In this document: positions 1 through 8,816 of the stretch, piece by piece
Numbering within the stretch: position 1 is the stretch's first letter
Layout of the letters: each line of letters begins with the position of its first letter
Assembly (NCBI GenBank): GCA_033762295.1
Contig: JANRLW010000064.1
Span: 96,001-160,000 of the forward strand
Direction of reading: 5' to 3'
DNA: 64,000 nt
Source: Capsulimonadales bacterium
GTDB taxonomy: Bacteria; Armatimonadota; Armatimonadia; Armatimonadales; Armatimonadaceae
Position numbers and translations under genes: made by a program
Notes under the pieces: generated by a model
What the model was told of the DNA's origin: nothing
What the model saw: only the letters and a program-made list of their open reading frames with translations
Databases searched by the model: none

Positions 1-288
1 GGCGAAGACGACATCCCCAACCGCAAGATCGGTGACGCCTTCGCCGATTCGCTCGACGATCCCGACCTTCTGGTAGCCGGGGACGTGGGGAAACGGCAAC
101 GGATCGGTCTCCGTTCGGGGCGTGTCACCGGCGATCCGTTCCCCGCGCACGAACGATCCCTCGGTCCCGTTGCTGATCCAGGAGTAGGTCAACCGGATAA
201 CCACATCCTCCGGACCGGGGTCCGGAACGTCCACTGTTTGAAAAGCCGTCTTCCATGGCTCCACCGCCACCAGCGCCTTCGCCTGCAT
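1..288 (-). CDS. Zinc-binding/MDR-family alcohol dehydrogenase, N-terminal part (runs off the window start)
   Basis: Not in ORF track. Manual translation from ATG at 288 gives MQAKALVAVEPWKTAFQTVDVPDPGPEDVVIRLTYSWISNGTEGS...PLPFPHVPGYQKVGIVERIGEGVTDLAVGDVVFA, matching the GroES-like ADH_N pattern (ISxGTE, PGY..VG.V..vG.gV....vGD.V). Confidence 0.8.
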   Translation of the reverse strand, partial: MQAKALVAVEPWKTAFQTVDVPDPGPEDVVIRLTYSWISNGTEGSFVRGERIAGDTPRTETDPLPFPHVPGYQKVGIVERIGEGVTDLAVGDVVFA

Positions 289-390
289 GTTTTTGATCCT
301 GTCCGTCGCAGTAGGTTCGCGTTTGTGGAAACGTTATCACAAACAAGGGAATTTCTCAACCGCTCCGTCGGTAAGGTTCGGAAAAATCCC

Positions 391-2355
391 CTAACGTCCC
401 TTGATCGCGCCGAAGGTGAGTCCGCGAAGCAGGTGCTTGCGCATCAGGAACGTGAAGAGCGCCGCCGGGATGACGAAGACGACCGCGCGCACGGCGATTC
501 TCTGCCACTCGATGACCCCCCCGCCGAGGACCGCCGTGATCGACGGCGGCGCGGTCAGCAGTTTGCCGGTAGACAGCAACTGTGCCAGCGCGTATTCGTT
601 CCAGGCGTTCAGGAAACAGAAGACGGCGGTCGCCGCCATTCCCGGTACGATCAGCGGCAGCGTCGTCTTGCGAAACGCCTCCAGTCGGGTGTAACGGTCC
701 AACAGGGCGGCCTCCTCGTACTCCGGCGGCACATCGTCGGTGAAACCCTTCATCAGCCAGACCGCGAACGCGCCGTTGACCGCCGCATAGAGCAGGATCA
801 GGCCAAGGTGCGTGTTCAATAGACCCAGTTGACGGAACATCAGGAAGACGGGGACCGCGACGACGACCGGCGGAAGCATCCGGGTCGACAGAATAAAGAA
901 CAGAGCGTCGTTCTTCGCCTTGATCCGGAACCGGGAGAAGGCATAGGCGGCGAGGGTGCCCATGCCGACCGCCAGCACGGTCGACGTAACGCCGATAATC
1001 AGGCTGTTGACCAGTTGACCGGGGAAGTCGCGGGCCGAGGAGGATTCGGGCCGAATCAGCTCGGCGTAGTTATCGAACGTCGGTGTGAACACGAACTGCG
1101 GCGGCATGACGTTTACCGCTTTGAACGGTTTCAGCGAGGTGGCGACGATCCAGTAGAGCGGGAGCATCGACAGGATCAGCGCAACGGTCAGGCCGGCGTA
1201 GGCGAGGTAGGTCTTTGCCCGGTCGGGCAGACGAAAGATCAGCGCGCCGAACACCCCCATGGCCGCCGCGATGCCAAGAGCGACCGGACCGCCGATCGAG
1301 TACAGAAAGGTCAGGAGCAGAAGCGAGCCGAGATAGGGCAACACCTTCGGCAACACCTGACCGATCGGCGACTCTCCGAACCCGGCAAAGAGCGGGGTTG
1401 CGTCCGGCGAGGTCTCGCCCTTGACCCGGTTCAGCAGAAGTAGGTAGAGGTTTGTCAGGCCGATAATCACCAGCAGCACGATATAGGCGAGAGCGCAGGC
1501 GCGCCCCGTATCCCAGTTTCGAAGCGCTTCGCGATAGACCTGGATCGAGACCGTCTCCGCCGAGTTCGCCGTTCCGCCCGCGGTCATGATCCACGCCAGG
1601 TCGAACATTTTGAAACTGTCGAGGGTCCGGAACAACAGGGCGACCATCAGGAGGGGGGCAATCATCGGCAGAGTGATATAGCGGAACCGAAACCAGGCGG
1701 ATGCCCGGTCGACCGCCGCCGCCTCGTACAGGGTGGCGGGAACCGACGATAGACCGGCCAGCGCGATCAGCATGATGAACGGCGACCACATCCACGTATC
1801 GGCAATTACCACCGACCAGAGCGCATGGTCCTTATCGAACCAGTTGATCGGGTTCGCCGGGTCGGACAGGCCGATCTTACTCAGCAGGAAATTCACCAGT
1901 CCGAACGTGGGATCGAGGAGAAACTTCCAGAACAGGCCGACCACCGCCGACGAGAGCATCATCGGGAGGAGAAAGAGGGTGGTGACGATGCTTTTCAGCC
2001 GGAAGGGACGATTGAGCATCAGCGCCAGACCGAAACCGATCAGAAGTTGCAGCCCGACCGCCAGGAGGACGAACAGCGCCGTGACCCGGAACGACTGCCA
2101 GACCTCCGGGCGGGAAAGCATCTCGGTGTAGTTGGCATTGCCCACCCAGACCGGCGCGATCTTCGGCGCGTCCGCCTTATACTTGCAGAACGACAGGTAG
2201 AGCGACCAGAAAAGCGGAAAGACGTTCATCCCGATCAGCAGAACGAGAATGGGCAGAACGAAGAGGTTGGCGACGGCGCGATCGGAAAAGCCGGCGCGTT
2301 TGGGCGCGGGCGTCGTCCGGGCGATCTCTACGGCGTTGGGCACGGTGACGGACAT
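391..2355 (-). CDS. Carbohydrate ABC transporter permease, fused MalF-like + MalG-like (two BPD_transp_1 domains)
   Basis: Likely start MSVTVPNAV (ATG 2355) inside the 836-aa ORF. Two EAA loops (LYEAAAVDRAS..FRYITLP; YEEAALLDRYT..FRKTTLP), many TM helices, and MalF (DTWMWSPF) and MalG (FLNAWNEY) signatures. Confidence 0.88.
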   Translation of the reverse strand: MSVTVPNAVEIARTTPAPKRAGFSDRAVANLFVLPILVLLIGMNVFPLFWSLYLSFCKYKADAPKIAPVWVGNANYTEMLSRPEVWQSFRVTALFVLLAVGLQLLIGFGLALMLNRPFRLKSIVTTLFLLPMMLSSAVVGLFWKFLLDPTFGLVNFLLSKIGLSDPANPINWFDKDHALWSVVIADTWMWSPFIMLIALAGLSSVPATLYEAAAVDRASAWFRFRYITLPMIAPLLMVALLFRTLDSFKMFDLAWIMTAGGTANSAETVSIQVYREALRNWDTGRACALAYIVLLVIIGLTNLYLLLLNRVKGETSPDATPLFAGFGESPIGQVLPKVLPYLGSLLLLTFLYSIGGPVALGIAAAMGVFGALIFRLPDRAKTYLAYAGLTVALILSMLPLYWIVATSLKPFKAVNVMPPQFVFTPTFDNYAELIRPESSSARDFPGQLVNSLIIGVTSTVLAVGMGTLAAYAFSRFRIKAKNDALFFILSTRMLPPVVVAVPVFLMFRQLGLLNTHLGLILLYAAVNGAFAVWLMKGFTDDVPPEYEEAALLDRYTRLEAFRKTTLPLIVPGMAATAVFCFLNAWNEYALAQLLSTGKLLTAPPSITAVLGGGVIEWQRIAVRAVVFVIPAALFTFLMRKHLLRGLTFGAIKGR

Positions 2356-2489
2356 AAACACCGTATTCGGTGTTTCTCCCCCGGTCACCTTCCGAAACCG
2401 GCGGGCGGATTCGATCGCAGGGACGAAAGCGTTCCGATGGGTTCGGTCGCCGGAAAGACGACCGAACCCGTTCGTCGGCGCGTCGCCGA

Positions 2490-3344
2490 TTAGAGGTCGA
2501 CTTCGGGGAGGAAGTATTTGTTGACGATCGTGGTGACGTCGCCGGTGAACTCGTTGTAGCGGGACCACTTGGCATGGCCGTCGAGGTAGGCGATGTTCTG
2601 ACCCTCGGAGTGGCGCGCGTGCAGCGACGGAACAATGGCCGGACCGGTAGAGTTGGGAACGGACGGCCAGAACGCGCTGGCGTTGCTGGCGATGAACGCG
2701 CTGTGATTCGGGTAGTTCGCGAATGCCAATCGCGCCGGTTCCAGGTCCTTGTGCGCGGCATCGGACAGCATGATCTTGGAAGCGGGGCGCGCGACCGAAG
2801 CCAGGGAACGGCCGGACTGACCGCAGCTGCCACCGAAGAAGACACCCTGGTTCCAGCCGTAGCTCAGCGGTTTGCCACGGGACGCATCGCCGACGAAACA
2901 CATGAAGTCCGGATAGCCCCAGGCGCGCCAGGAGCAGACGTTACGGCTCGAACTCCAGAGCACCATCGAGTACTCCCGACTGGTCGGACAGAAGAAGATA
3001 TCGGTGTTCTTCACATAGGGAGCCGTCTTGGTCTCGATTCGCCAGTCCGGGTTCCACTTGCTGCACGGGTCCTTGACCCCCGGCCAGCCGAGGGAGCCGC
3101 CCGAGGACGCATCGATCGGATACAGTTCATCGTAGTCCTGAACATACATCAGGACGGCAAGCCCGATCTGCTTGACGTTGGAAAGGCAGGAAGCCTGGCG
3201 GGCTTTTTCCCGCGCCTGAGCGAAGACCGGGAAAAGAATCGCGGCAAGAATGGCGATGATAGCGATAACAACGAGCAGTTCGATCAGGGTAAAGGCGGCT
3301 CGGGTCCGGGAACCGGAGGGCTTTACGGAAGAAAACGTTCGCAT
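2490..3344 (-). CDS. DUF1559 / prepilin-type N-terminal cleavage-methylation protein with H-X9-DG motif
   Basis: [54 protein letters not shown]-terminal [26 protein letters not shown] before ATG 3344. Confidence 0.93.
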   Translation of the reverse strand: MRTFSSVKPSGSRTRAAFTLIELLVVIAIIAILAAILFPVFAQAREKARQASCLSNVKQIGLAVLMYVQDYDELYPIDASSGGSLGWPGVKDPCSKWNPDWRIETKTAPYVKNTDIFFCPTSREYSMVLWSSSRNVCSWRAWGYPDFMCFVGDASRGKPLSYGWNQGVFFGGSCGQSGRSLASVARPASKIMLSDAAHKDLEPARLAFANYPNHSAFIASNASAFWPSVPNSTGPAIVPSLHARHSEGQNIAYLDGHAKWSRYNEFTGDVTTIVNKYFLPEVDL

Positions 3345-3460
3345 CGGGATTCGCTCCTTCGTTTCGGAAACTGAGGGAATACGGTTTCGTTCCCGCGCGG
3401 CGAAAACGAAACCGTATATCATGCTCTGATATTTCAGTGTATCCTTTCGGCGGCGTGACG

Positions 3461-3490
3461 ATGTTAAGGTCACGTTAAGAAACCGTCAGG
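3461..3490 (-). promoter_or_regulatory. Putative Pho-box-like operator (11-bp-period direct repeats) upstream of DUF1559 gene 1
   Basis: + strand GTTAAG at 3463 and 3474 and GTCAGG at 3485 (11-bp period); 20/22 identical to 35321-35342; minus-strand TACACT -10 candidate at 3436-3441. Confidence 0.6.
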
Positions 3491-3520
3491 AAACCGTATT
3501 TTTTTCAGGGCGATCGGTCG

Positions 3521-5974
3521 TCAGGGGGCGATCGCGCTACGGGTCGCGCCGGGATACGGAACGTCCTTACCCTTGATGCTGTGCCAGAGCACCCGGTTCA
3601 GCGTATCCTCCTCGGCAACGGTCAGCCGGTCATATTCGGTGAAGTCCAGCTTCATCGACTCCCGCGCGCCGACCGCCGTCCCCGGGTTCTTCGCCATCAG
3701 GTCGATCCGTGCCGGAAGTCCCGTGTACGGCGTCAGGTCCGCCTTATCGGTGAACGAGGCGAACATGGGCGTGGCCGCCGCGTCGTACTGAGTCATCGGA
3801 GGCAGTCCCAGGATCAGTTCCATGGTTCGCAGCATCGAGCAGGTTGTGTAGAGCGTGCTGTCGATCGTTTTGCGCCGGGTATAGGGAGAGATCACCAGGC
3901 CGATCGTTCGGTGGCTGTCGATATGGTCCGGGCCATTCTGGGCGTCATCCTCGATGACGAAGATCGCGAACTCCTTCCAGACGCTGCTCTTGCTGATCGT
4001 TTCGACGATCTTTCCGAGGGCGACATCGTTGGAGGCGACGCAGGCCTGAGGTGTGAACGTGCCGGGGCGGGTACCGCTCGTATGGTCCTCGCCAAGCGAC
4101 ATGACGGTGAATCGGGGGATCCGATTCTCCCGCTCCATCTCCTTGAACTCACGGATAAAAACATCGGCCTTTTCGAAGTCGCGTCCGGGGGGATTCTCGC
4201 CGGGCTGCACTTTGCCCGAATAGGGTTCACTGACATTTCCGGCGAGCGTCGGATGGTTCCGGTACTCGCCATAGGAGCGGAACGTCAGTCCCTTCGCCTT
4301 ACACGCTTCCCAGAAGTAGCCCGTGACCGGATCGTTGACCGAGGGTTCGTCGGCGGGTTTGCCTTTGCCGGAGTAACCGAGAACCCAGGAGCGCTGGGTG
4401 AATGCGGTCGCATAGGCCGACGTACTCCAGGGGTGACCGTCCTGGGAGACCTCGCCACTGCAGTAGAGGTTGTCCAGCAGTACGAACTCCTCGGCCAGCG
4501 CATGGTGGTTCGGCGTCACGTCCCGACCGAACATGACCAGAGACGGGTCGGCATTGCCCTGCGGCAGATCACCGAAGACCTGGTCGTAGGTACGGTTCTC
4601 CTTAATGATGTAGAGAACGTACTTGATCGGGGACGAATCACCGACCCGATTGGGGATGGCAGTCTTGACGCGGGAGTCCGCCTGCTGTCGCAGCTTATCG
4701 TTATTGTAGGGCGTATTGGCCCGAACGATGCGCGTGTAGTCGGCGAGGGCGCGGTCGTCGGGCGTATCGACGAAGGAAAGGATACCGCGAAGAAGGTTGC
4801 CATGGTGAACGCGGCGCGGCGGGCCGTTCGGTTCGACCCGGGTGACGTTCGTTCCGGTGCCCTGTCCCTTGCCCGTTCCGATAATCACCTTTTTACCGTC
4901 GGGCGTGACGCGCACCGTGGTAGGATACCATCCGGTCGGAATGAAGCCGCGAACCCGGCTACGCCCCCGCTGACTGACATCGGCGACACAGACATTGTTA
5001 TTGTCGGCGTTGGCGACGTACAGCGTTTTGCCGTCCGGGCTGAGGGTGACCGCGTCGGGGGTGGTTCCGCCGGGAGCGTTGGGGGTGAGCGTCGTCCGAA
5101 TGGTCTCCGTCGTCTGACCGGTCTTCAGATCGACGACCGACACCTGATCGGCGCTGCTGCAGGCGACAAACAGGCGGTCATCCTTCGAGAGAGTCAGATC
5201 CGCCGGGTGCTTGCCGACCGTGAACCGGCGTGTCAACTTCGGCTGCTCCGGGCTGGAGACATCGACGGCGACCGCTTCCGAACCGCCCCAGTTGGCGACA
5301 TACAGGGTTTTTCCGTCCGCCGAGAGTTGGCAGGCGCCCGGATGATCGCCGACCGGAACCCGGGCCAGGGGAGTTCCGTCACCGGTCAGAACATACAGAT
5401 GATCGTCGGAGATGTTGGCGGCGAAGAGGGTTTTTCCGTCCGCCGAGATGGCAAGGCCGCCGATACACGAACGTTCCGGGGTATTTCCGGTGAGTTTCAG
5501 ACCCGTTCCGGCCTGCCACGCGCCGTCACCGCCCCGGACGAAAACATGGATGTCGGCGGTTCGATTCTGGGCGCCGCCCGAGACGAAGAGGCGGGAGCCG
5601 TCCGGAGACCAGCAGATACCGTTCCATGACGTGTTCATCGGAAGGGCGGCGACCTCCTTTTCGGAGGCGACATCGATCAGGTGCAGCTCATGGCGGGTAT
5701 AGCCGGAATTGGCGACCGCGAAGAGCTTTCCATCCGGACTGAACGCGCCGGCATAGGGCATATCGCCGACGGAGAGGGGGCGGCCCGCCGGCTGAACGCG
5801 CCATCCGCTGAAGAGAAGACGTCCCGCCCCATCCTCGCCGGGCACGACGATCGGTTTTTTGGAGAAGGGATGCAGCATGCGAGAATTTCGCACATTAGGC
5901 AGAGAGGCGACCGCCGTCAGAGTTCCTGCGGCGGCCAGACCGGCAACGAGAGCAATAGTAGAGGAGCGACGCAT
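3521..5974 (-). CDS. Secreted YncE-type beta-propeller / alkaline-phosphatase-superfamily phosphoesterase fusion
   Basis: Signal peptide; YVTN-like repeats (SPDGKTLYVAN, IPTGWYP); C-terminal IKENRTYDQVFGD, PNHHALA, EVSQDGHPWS, IEDDAQNGPDHIDSHR. Confidence 0.88.
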   Translation of the reverse strand: MRRSSTIALVAGLAAAGTLTAVASLPNVRNSRMLHPFSKKPIVVPGEDGAGRLLFSGWRVQPAGRPLSVGDMPYAGAFSPDGKLFAVANSGYTRHELHLIDVASEKEVAALPMNTSWNGICWSPDGSRLFVSGGAQNRTADIHVFVRGGDGAWQAGTGLKLTGNTPERSCIGGLAISADGKTLFAANISDDHLYVLTGDGTPLARVPVGDHPGACQLSADGKTLYVANWGGSEAVAVDVSSPEQPKLTRRFTVGKHPADLTLSKDDRLFVACSSADQVSVVDLKTGQTTETIRTTLTPNAPGGTTPDAVTLSPDGKTLYVANADNNNVCVADVSQRGRSRVRGFIPTGWYPTTVRVTPDGKKVIIGTGKGQGTGTNVTRVEPNGPPRRVHHGNLLRGILSFVDTPDDRALADYTRIVRANTPYNNDKLRQQADSRVKTAIPNRVGDSSPIKYVLYIIKENRTYDQVFGDLPQGNADPSLVMFGRDVTPNHHALAEEFVLLDNLYCSGEVSQDGHPWSTSAYATAFTQRSWVLGYSGKGKPADEPSVNDPVTGYFWEACKAKGLTFRSYGEYRNHPTLAGNVSEPYSGKVQPGENPPGRDFEKADVFIREFKEMERENRIPRFTVMSLGEDHTSGTRPGTFTPQACVASNDVALGKIVETISKSSVWKEFAIFVIEDDAQNGPDHIDSHRTIGLVISPYTRRKTIDSTLYTTCSMLRTMELILGLPPMTQYDAAATPMFASFTDKADLTPYTGLPARIDLMAKNPGTAVGARESMKLDFTEYDRLTVAEEDTLNRVLWHSIKGKDVPYPGATRSAIAP

Positions 5975-6194
5975 AGAACCTCCTGGTTAGGGGCGAGTGA
6001 CTGCCACAAGCAAGCCCCACGACCAGTATACTACCGGTTTTCCCGAATCCGACGGGAAAATCGGCGGATTTGGCTGCCGTCGCCCAGGGATTCGAGGAGG
6101 CCGTTAGCCGGACGAATTCCGGAAAAGGTCCGTACGGTAGCGATCGTTCCCACAATACCGACCGGGCGGTATCGGAAAGTAGTCCGCAGATATT

Positions 6195-6920
6195 TCATGC
6201 GAAAACGTACATGGCCCAGCCCAGGTGCTCGCGTTCGAACTGCAGGTAGCCCTCCTGTTCCGACCGCAACGCCTTCCGGACTTCCTGCCAGTCCGGGTGA
6301 TCGGGGTTTTCCGTCAGCCAGACCATCAGTCCTGCCCAGTGATCGCTCTGGTACCGGTCCCAGTCCTCTTCGGTCGACCGGACGATCCGTTCCAGGTAGT
6401 ACCCCTCCTCCTCGGCGATGCGAAGAATCTCCACCTCGGTATGGAAGCGATACCGGACGGTCAGTTCGACCGGAACCCGGTCGTGTCGCCAGTAGGGTTC
6501 GCCGATCGCGATGCGCCGACCGGGCCTGCTGACGCGGCGGAGCGCCTGCATCGTCGGTCGAAAGCCACCGAAGACGAAGGATGCCCCGAGGCAGACGGCG
6601 TTATCGAACGAACCGTCCGACGCCGGATAGTCCGCACCGGGGCCGCAAACGATCTCGATCCGCTCCGACTGGCCGCGTTCCGCCAGACGCGCCCGCGCCC
6701 GTTCGCAGGCGTACGGGCGAATATCGACACCCACACCGGAAATGCCGAACGCCTCCGCCCAGAGCGTGAGCGGTTCGGCGAAGCCGCAGCCGTAATCCAG
6801 TACGCGGTCGCCGGGACGCAGGCCCAGATACCGACCGACTTCCACCACCTTTTCCGGCGAGGCAGGATTGATCAGCGTCATCTCCCGTTCGGCGATATTC
6901 ACACGATCAAAGAAATCCAT
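6195..6920 (-). CDS. Class I SAM-dependent methyltransferase (YjhP-like)
   Basis: VLDYGCGFAE motif I, GVDI, FDNAVCLGAS, IGEPYW. Confidence 0.85.
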   Translation of the reverse strand: MDFFDRVNIAEREMTLINPASPEKVVEVGRYLGLRPGDRVLDYGCGFAEPLTLWAEAFGISGVGVDIRPYACERARARLAERGQSERIEIVCGPGADYPASDGSFDNAVCLGASFVFGGFRPTMQALRRVSRPGRRIAIGEPYWRHDRVPVELTVRYRFHTEVEILRIAEEEGYYLERIVRSTEEDWDRYQSDHWAGLMVWLTENPDHPDWQEVRKALRSEQEGYLQFEREHLGWAMYVFA

Positions 6921-6937
6921 GCCCGTATTCTACCCGT

Positions 6938-8074
6938 CTAACGCTTGCTTTCATTGAGGTTGGTCCCACGCATCGTCTCCGCGACATTGACGAACGTATC
7001 CTTGTCCTTGATGACGGCCTGGGGCGGCAGGGTCGGGGTAAGGGTGCTGATTCCCGGCATCCTTTTGACCGCCGTCCCGATCGCCATAAACTCGATCAGA
7101 CCGCTGCCCAGTTCGTAGACATAGGTTTTGATGCCGACCACATCATCCGCGCCGAGCAGTTCGGCGTCCGCCTTGATCCGATGCAGGGCATTGTCACGCG
7201 CCTCATAGATCAGTGTGCTCATCTGCGGAATTTCGCCACGGACCAGCGAGCGAAACGCCGATGTGAGCCCGCCGACAAAACCGAGCGAGTACACCGAAAC
7301 GCCGAGGACCAGTTGCACGGGCATAAAGCCCAGATGCACGACGTTCCACATCTCCTCGTTGGTCAGGTCGCTCGTGATCGGGCTGTTGAACGATTCCGGG
7401 GGCAGACCGGCGTGGCGGGAGGCCGTTCCGACCATGATCATCTCCTGCATTCCGGCGATCGGAAGGATGGAGGTTCGTATGCCCAGGACGGCATTCGCGC
7501 CCGCATGACGGGCCTCCTCGGTGATACGCCAGAGCGCACGGTGCCGCGTTTCGTTGAAGACGTCCGAAAACTCCCGGACTTCCCCCCGTGCCAGGGAGCG
7601 GAAACCCCCGACAATCCCGCCGCCCAGCCCGATGGAGTAGGCGACATTGCCGAAAACGAAGCGAACCGGCATAAAGCCGGCGTCCAGCTGGCAGTACAGT
7701 TCCTGACCGTCCGCCGAGGAGGAGAACGCCAGCTTTTCCACCCGTTGGCCCTCATGATGGATGGAGGAGCCTATCGAAAGGAACTCGATATTTCCCGCCT
7801 GCCAGATCAGTTCGCTGCTGACACCGGTGATACCGACGCCCTGATGGCGTTCGGCTTCCCGGATCATCCGCTCCAGCGCGCTGAGACGTCCCTCCTGAAT
7901 GATCTCGGTGACCTGGGTAACCTCGCCCCCGGCAATGGTCTGCAATCCCGCGCCCAGGGTACCGACAAAACCCATCGAATAGACGCTGTTGCCGATCACC
8001 AGTTCGCCGGGTTCGAAACCCTTCAGATGCAGGCAGTACATTTCATTTCCCGATAAGCCGGTCATAATGGCCAT
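6938..8074 (-). CDS. Tandem YbjQ/UPF0145 putative heavy-metal-binding domain protein (three repeats)
   Basis: Start MAIMTGLSGNEMYCL with RBS GGAGG; three repeats of G.SVYS.G..GG.....GE....S....E.R..AL.R...EA...GA..V.GI. Confidence 0.8.
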   Translation of the reverse strand: MAIMTGLSGNEMYCLHLKGFEPGELVIGNSVYSMGFVGTLGAGLQTIAGGEVTQVTEIIQEGRLSALERMIREAERHQGVGITGVSSELIWQAGNIEFLSIGSSIHHEGQRVEKLAFSSSADGQELYCQLDAGFMPVRFVFGNVAYSIGLGGGIVGGFRSLARGEVREFSDVFNETRHRALWRITEEARHAGANAVLGIRTSILPIAGMQEMIMVGTASRHAGLPPESFNSPITSDLTNEEMWNVVHLGFMPVQLVLGVSVYSLGFVGGLTSAFRSLVRGEIPQMSTLIYEARDNALHRIKADAELLGADDVVGIKTYVYELGSGLIEFMAIGTAVKRMPGISTLTPTLPPQAVIKDKDTFVNVAETMRGTNLNESKR

Positions 8075-8170
8075 GGTGTCGTCCTCCGTCCGGATTCGAC
8101 ACCGGATGCCTGCCCGCAGTTGCCGGTAACGGAAAAGGACGGCAGAGGTTACGATCGATCGGAGATTCCC

Positions 8171-8794
8171 ATGGAGATTCGAATCGAGGAGCGGTTCCCG
8201 GTGACGGAAACGGAACTGCATCGGTACGGGACGGTGCCGATCGCGTTCGCCGTTACCGCCCGGTTCGTGCCGTCCCGGATCGACGGCGGACTGGGCGGCC
8301 TGCGACTGACCGAGGCATCGGTGGAACCTCCGTACGTAAAGGACTATGACGCGATGCCCGGCGAGGGACCGCATGCCTGGGCGAGTCATTTCGATCTGTC
8401 CGGCTGGACGCTGTTTCTCGCGCTGTGCGAAACCGGTCCCGTCGGCGGCGCGGCGCTGGCGGAGAACAAGGTCGGACTCGAACTGCTCAGTCCGCGCCCC
8501 GACGCGGCCCTGCTGTATGACCTGCGCGTGCATCCCCGGCACCGGGGACAGGGTATCGGCAGGCGGCTCTTTTCGGCGGCGGAGGCACGGGCGCGTGAAC
8601 GGGGCTTTCGCTGGCTGGAGGTGGAAACACAGAACACCAATGTCCCGGCGTGCCGATTTTACGTCGCCATGGGTTGCGTATTGCGGATGATCCGGGAGGA
8701 TGCCTATCCCGACGTACCGGATGAGGCGCAGATGCTCTGGGGCAAACGGCTCCGTCAGGAAACGAATCGGGGAGGAGTGTCGCGGGTTCCGTAG
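8171..8794 (+). CDS. GNAT acetyltransferase (streptothricin acetyltransferase-like)
   Basis: LYDLRVHPRHRGQGIGRRL acetyl-CoA motif; EVETQNTNVPACRFY; RBS GGAG before ATG 8171. Confidence 0.82.
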   Translation: MEIRIEERFPVTETELHRYGTVPIAFAVTARFVPSRIDGGLGGLRLTEASVEPPYVKDYDAMPGEGPHAWASHFDLSGWTLFLALCETGPVGGAALAENKVGLELLSPRPDAALLYDLRVHPRHRGQGIGRRLFSAAEARARERGFRWLEVETQNTNVPACRFYVAMGCVLRMIREDAYPDVPDEAQMLWGKRLRQETNRGGVSRVP

Positions 8795-8807
8795 ACACTC
8801 CTCCCCG
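8768..8807. terminator. Hairpin at the junction of convergent genes (probable bidirectional terminator)
   Basis: CGGGGAGGAGTGTC (8768-8781) is the perfect reverse complement of GACACTCCTCCCCG (8794-8807). Confidence 0.6.
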
Positions 8808-8816
8808 GTAGCCGGA

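Noticed and set aside
2356..2901. N-terminal extension of the 836-aa permease ORF, suggesting an even larger fusion
   Set aside because: It overlaps the DUF1559 gene in another frame and looks non-coding; the plausible start is ATG 2355.
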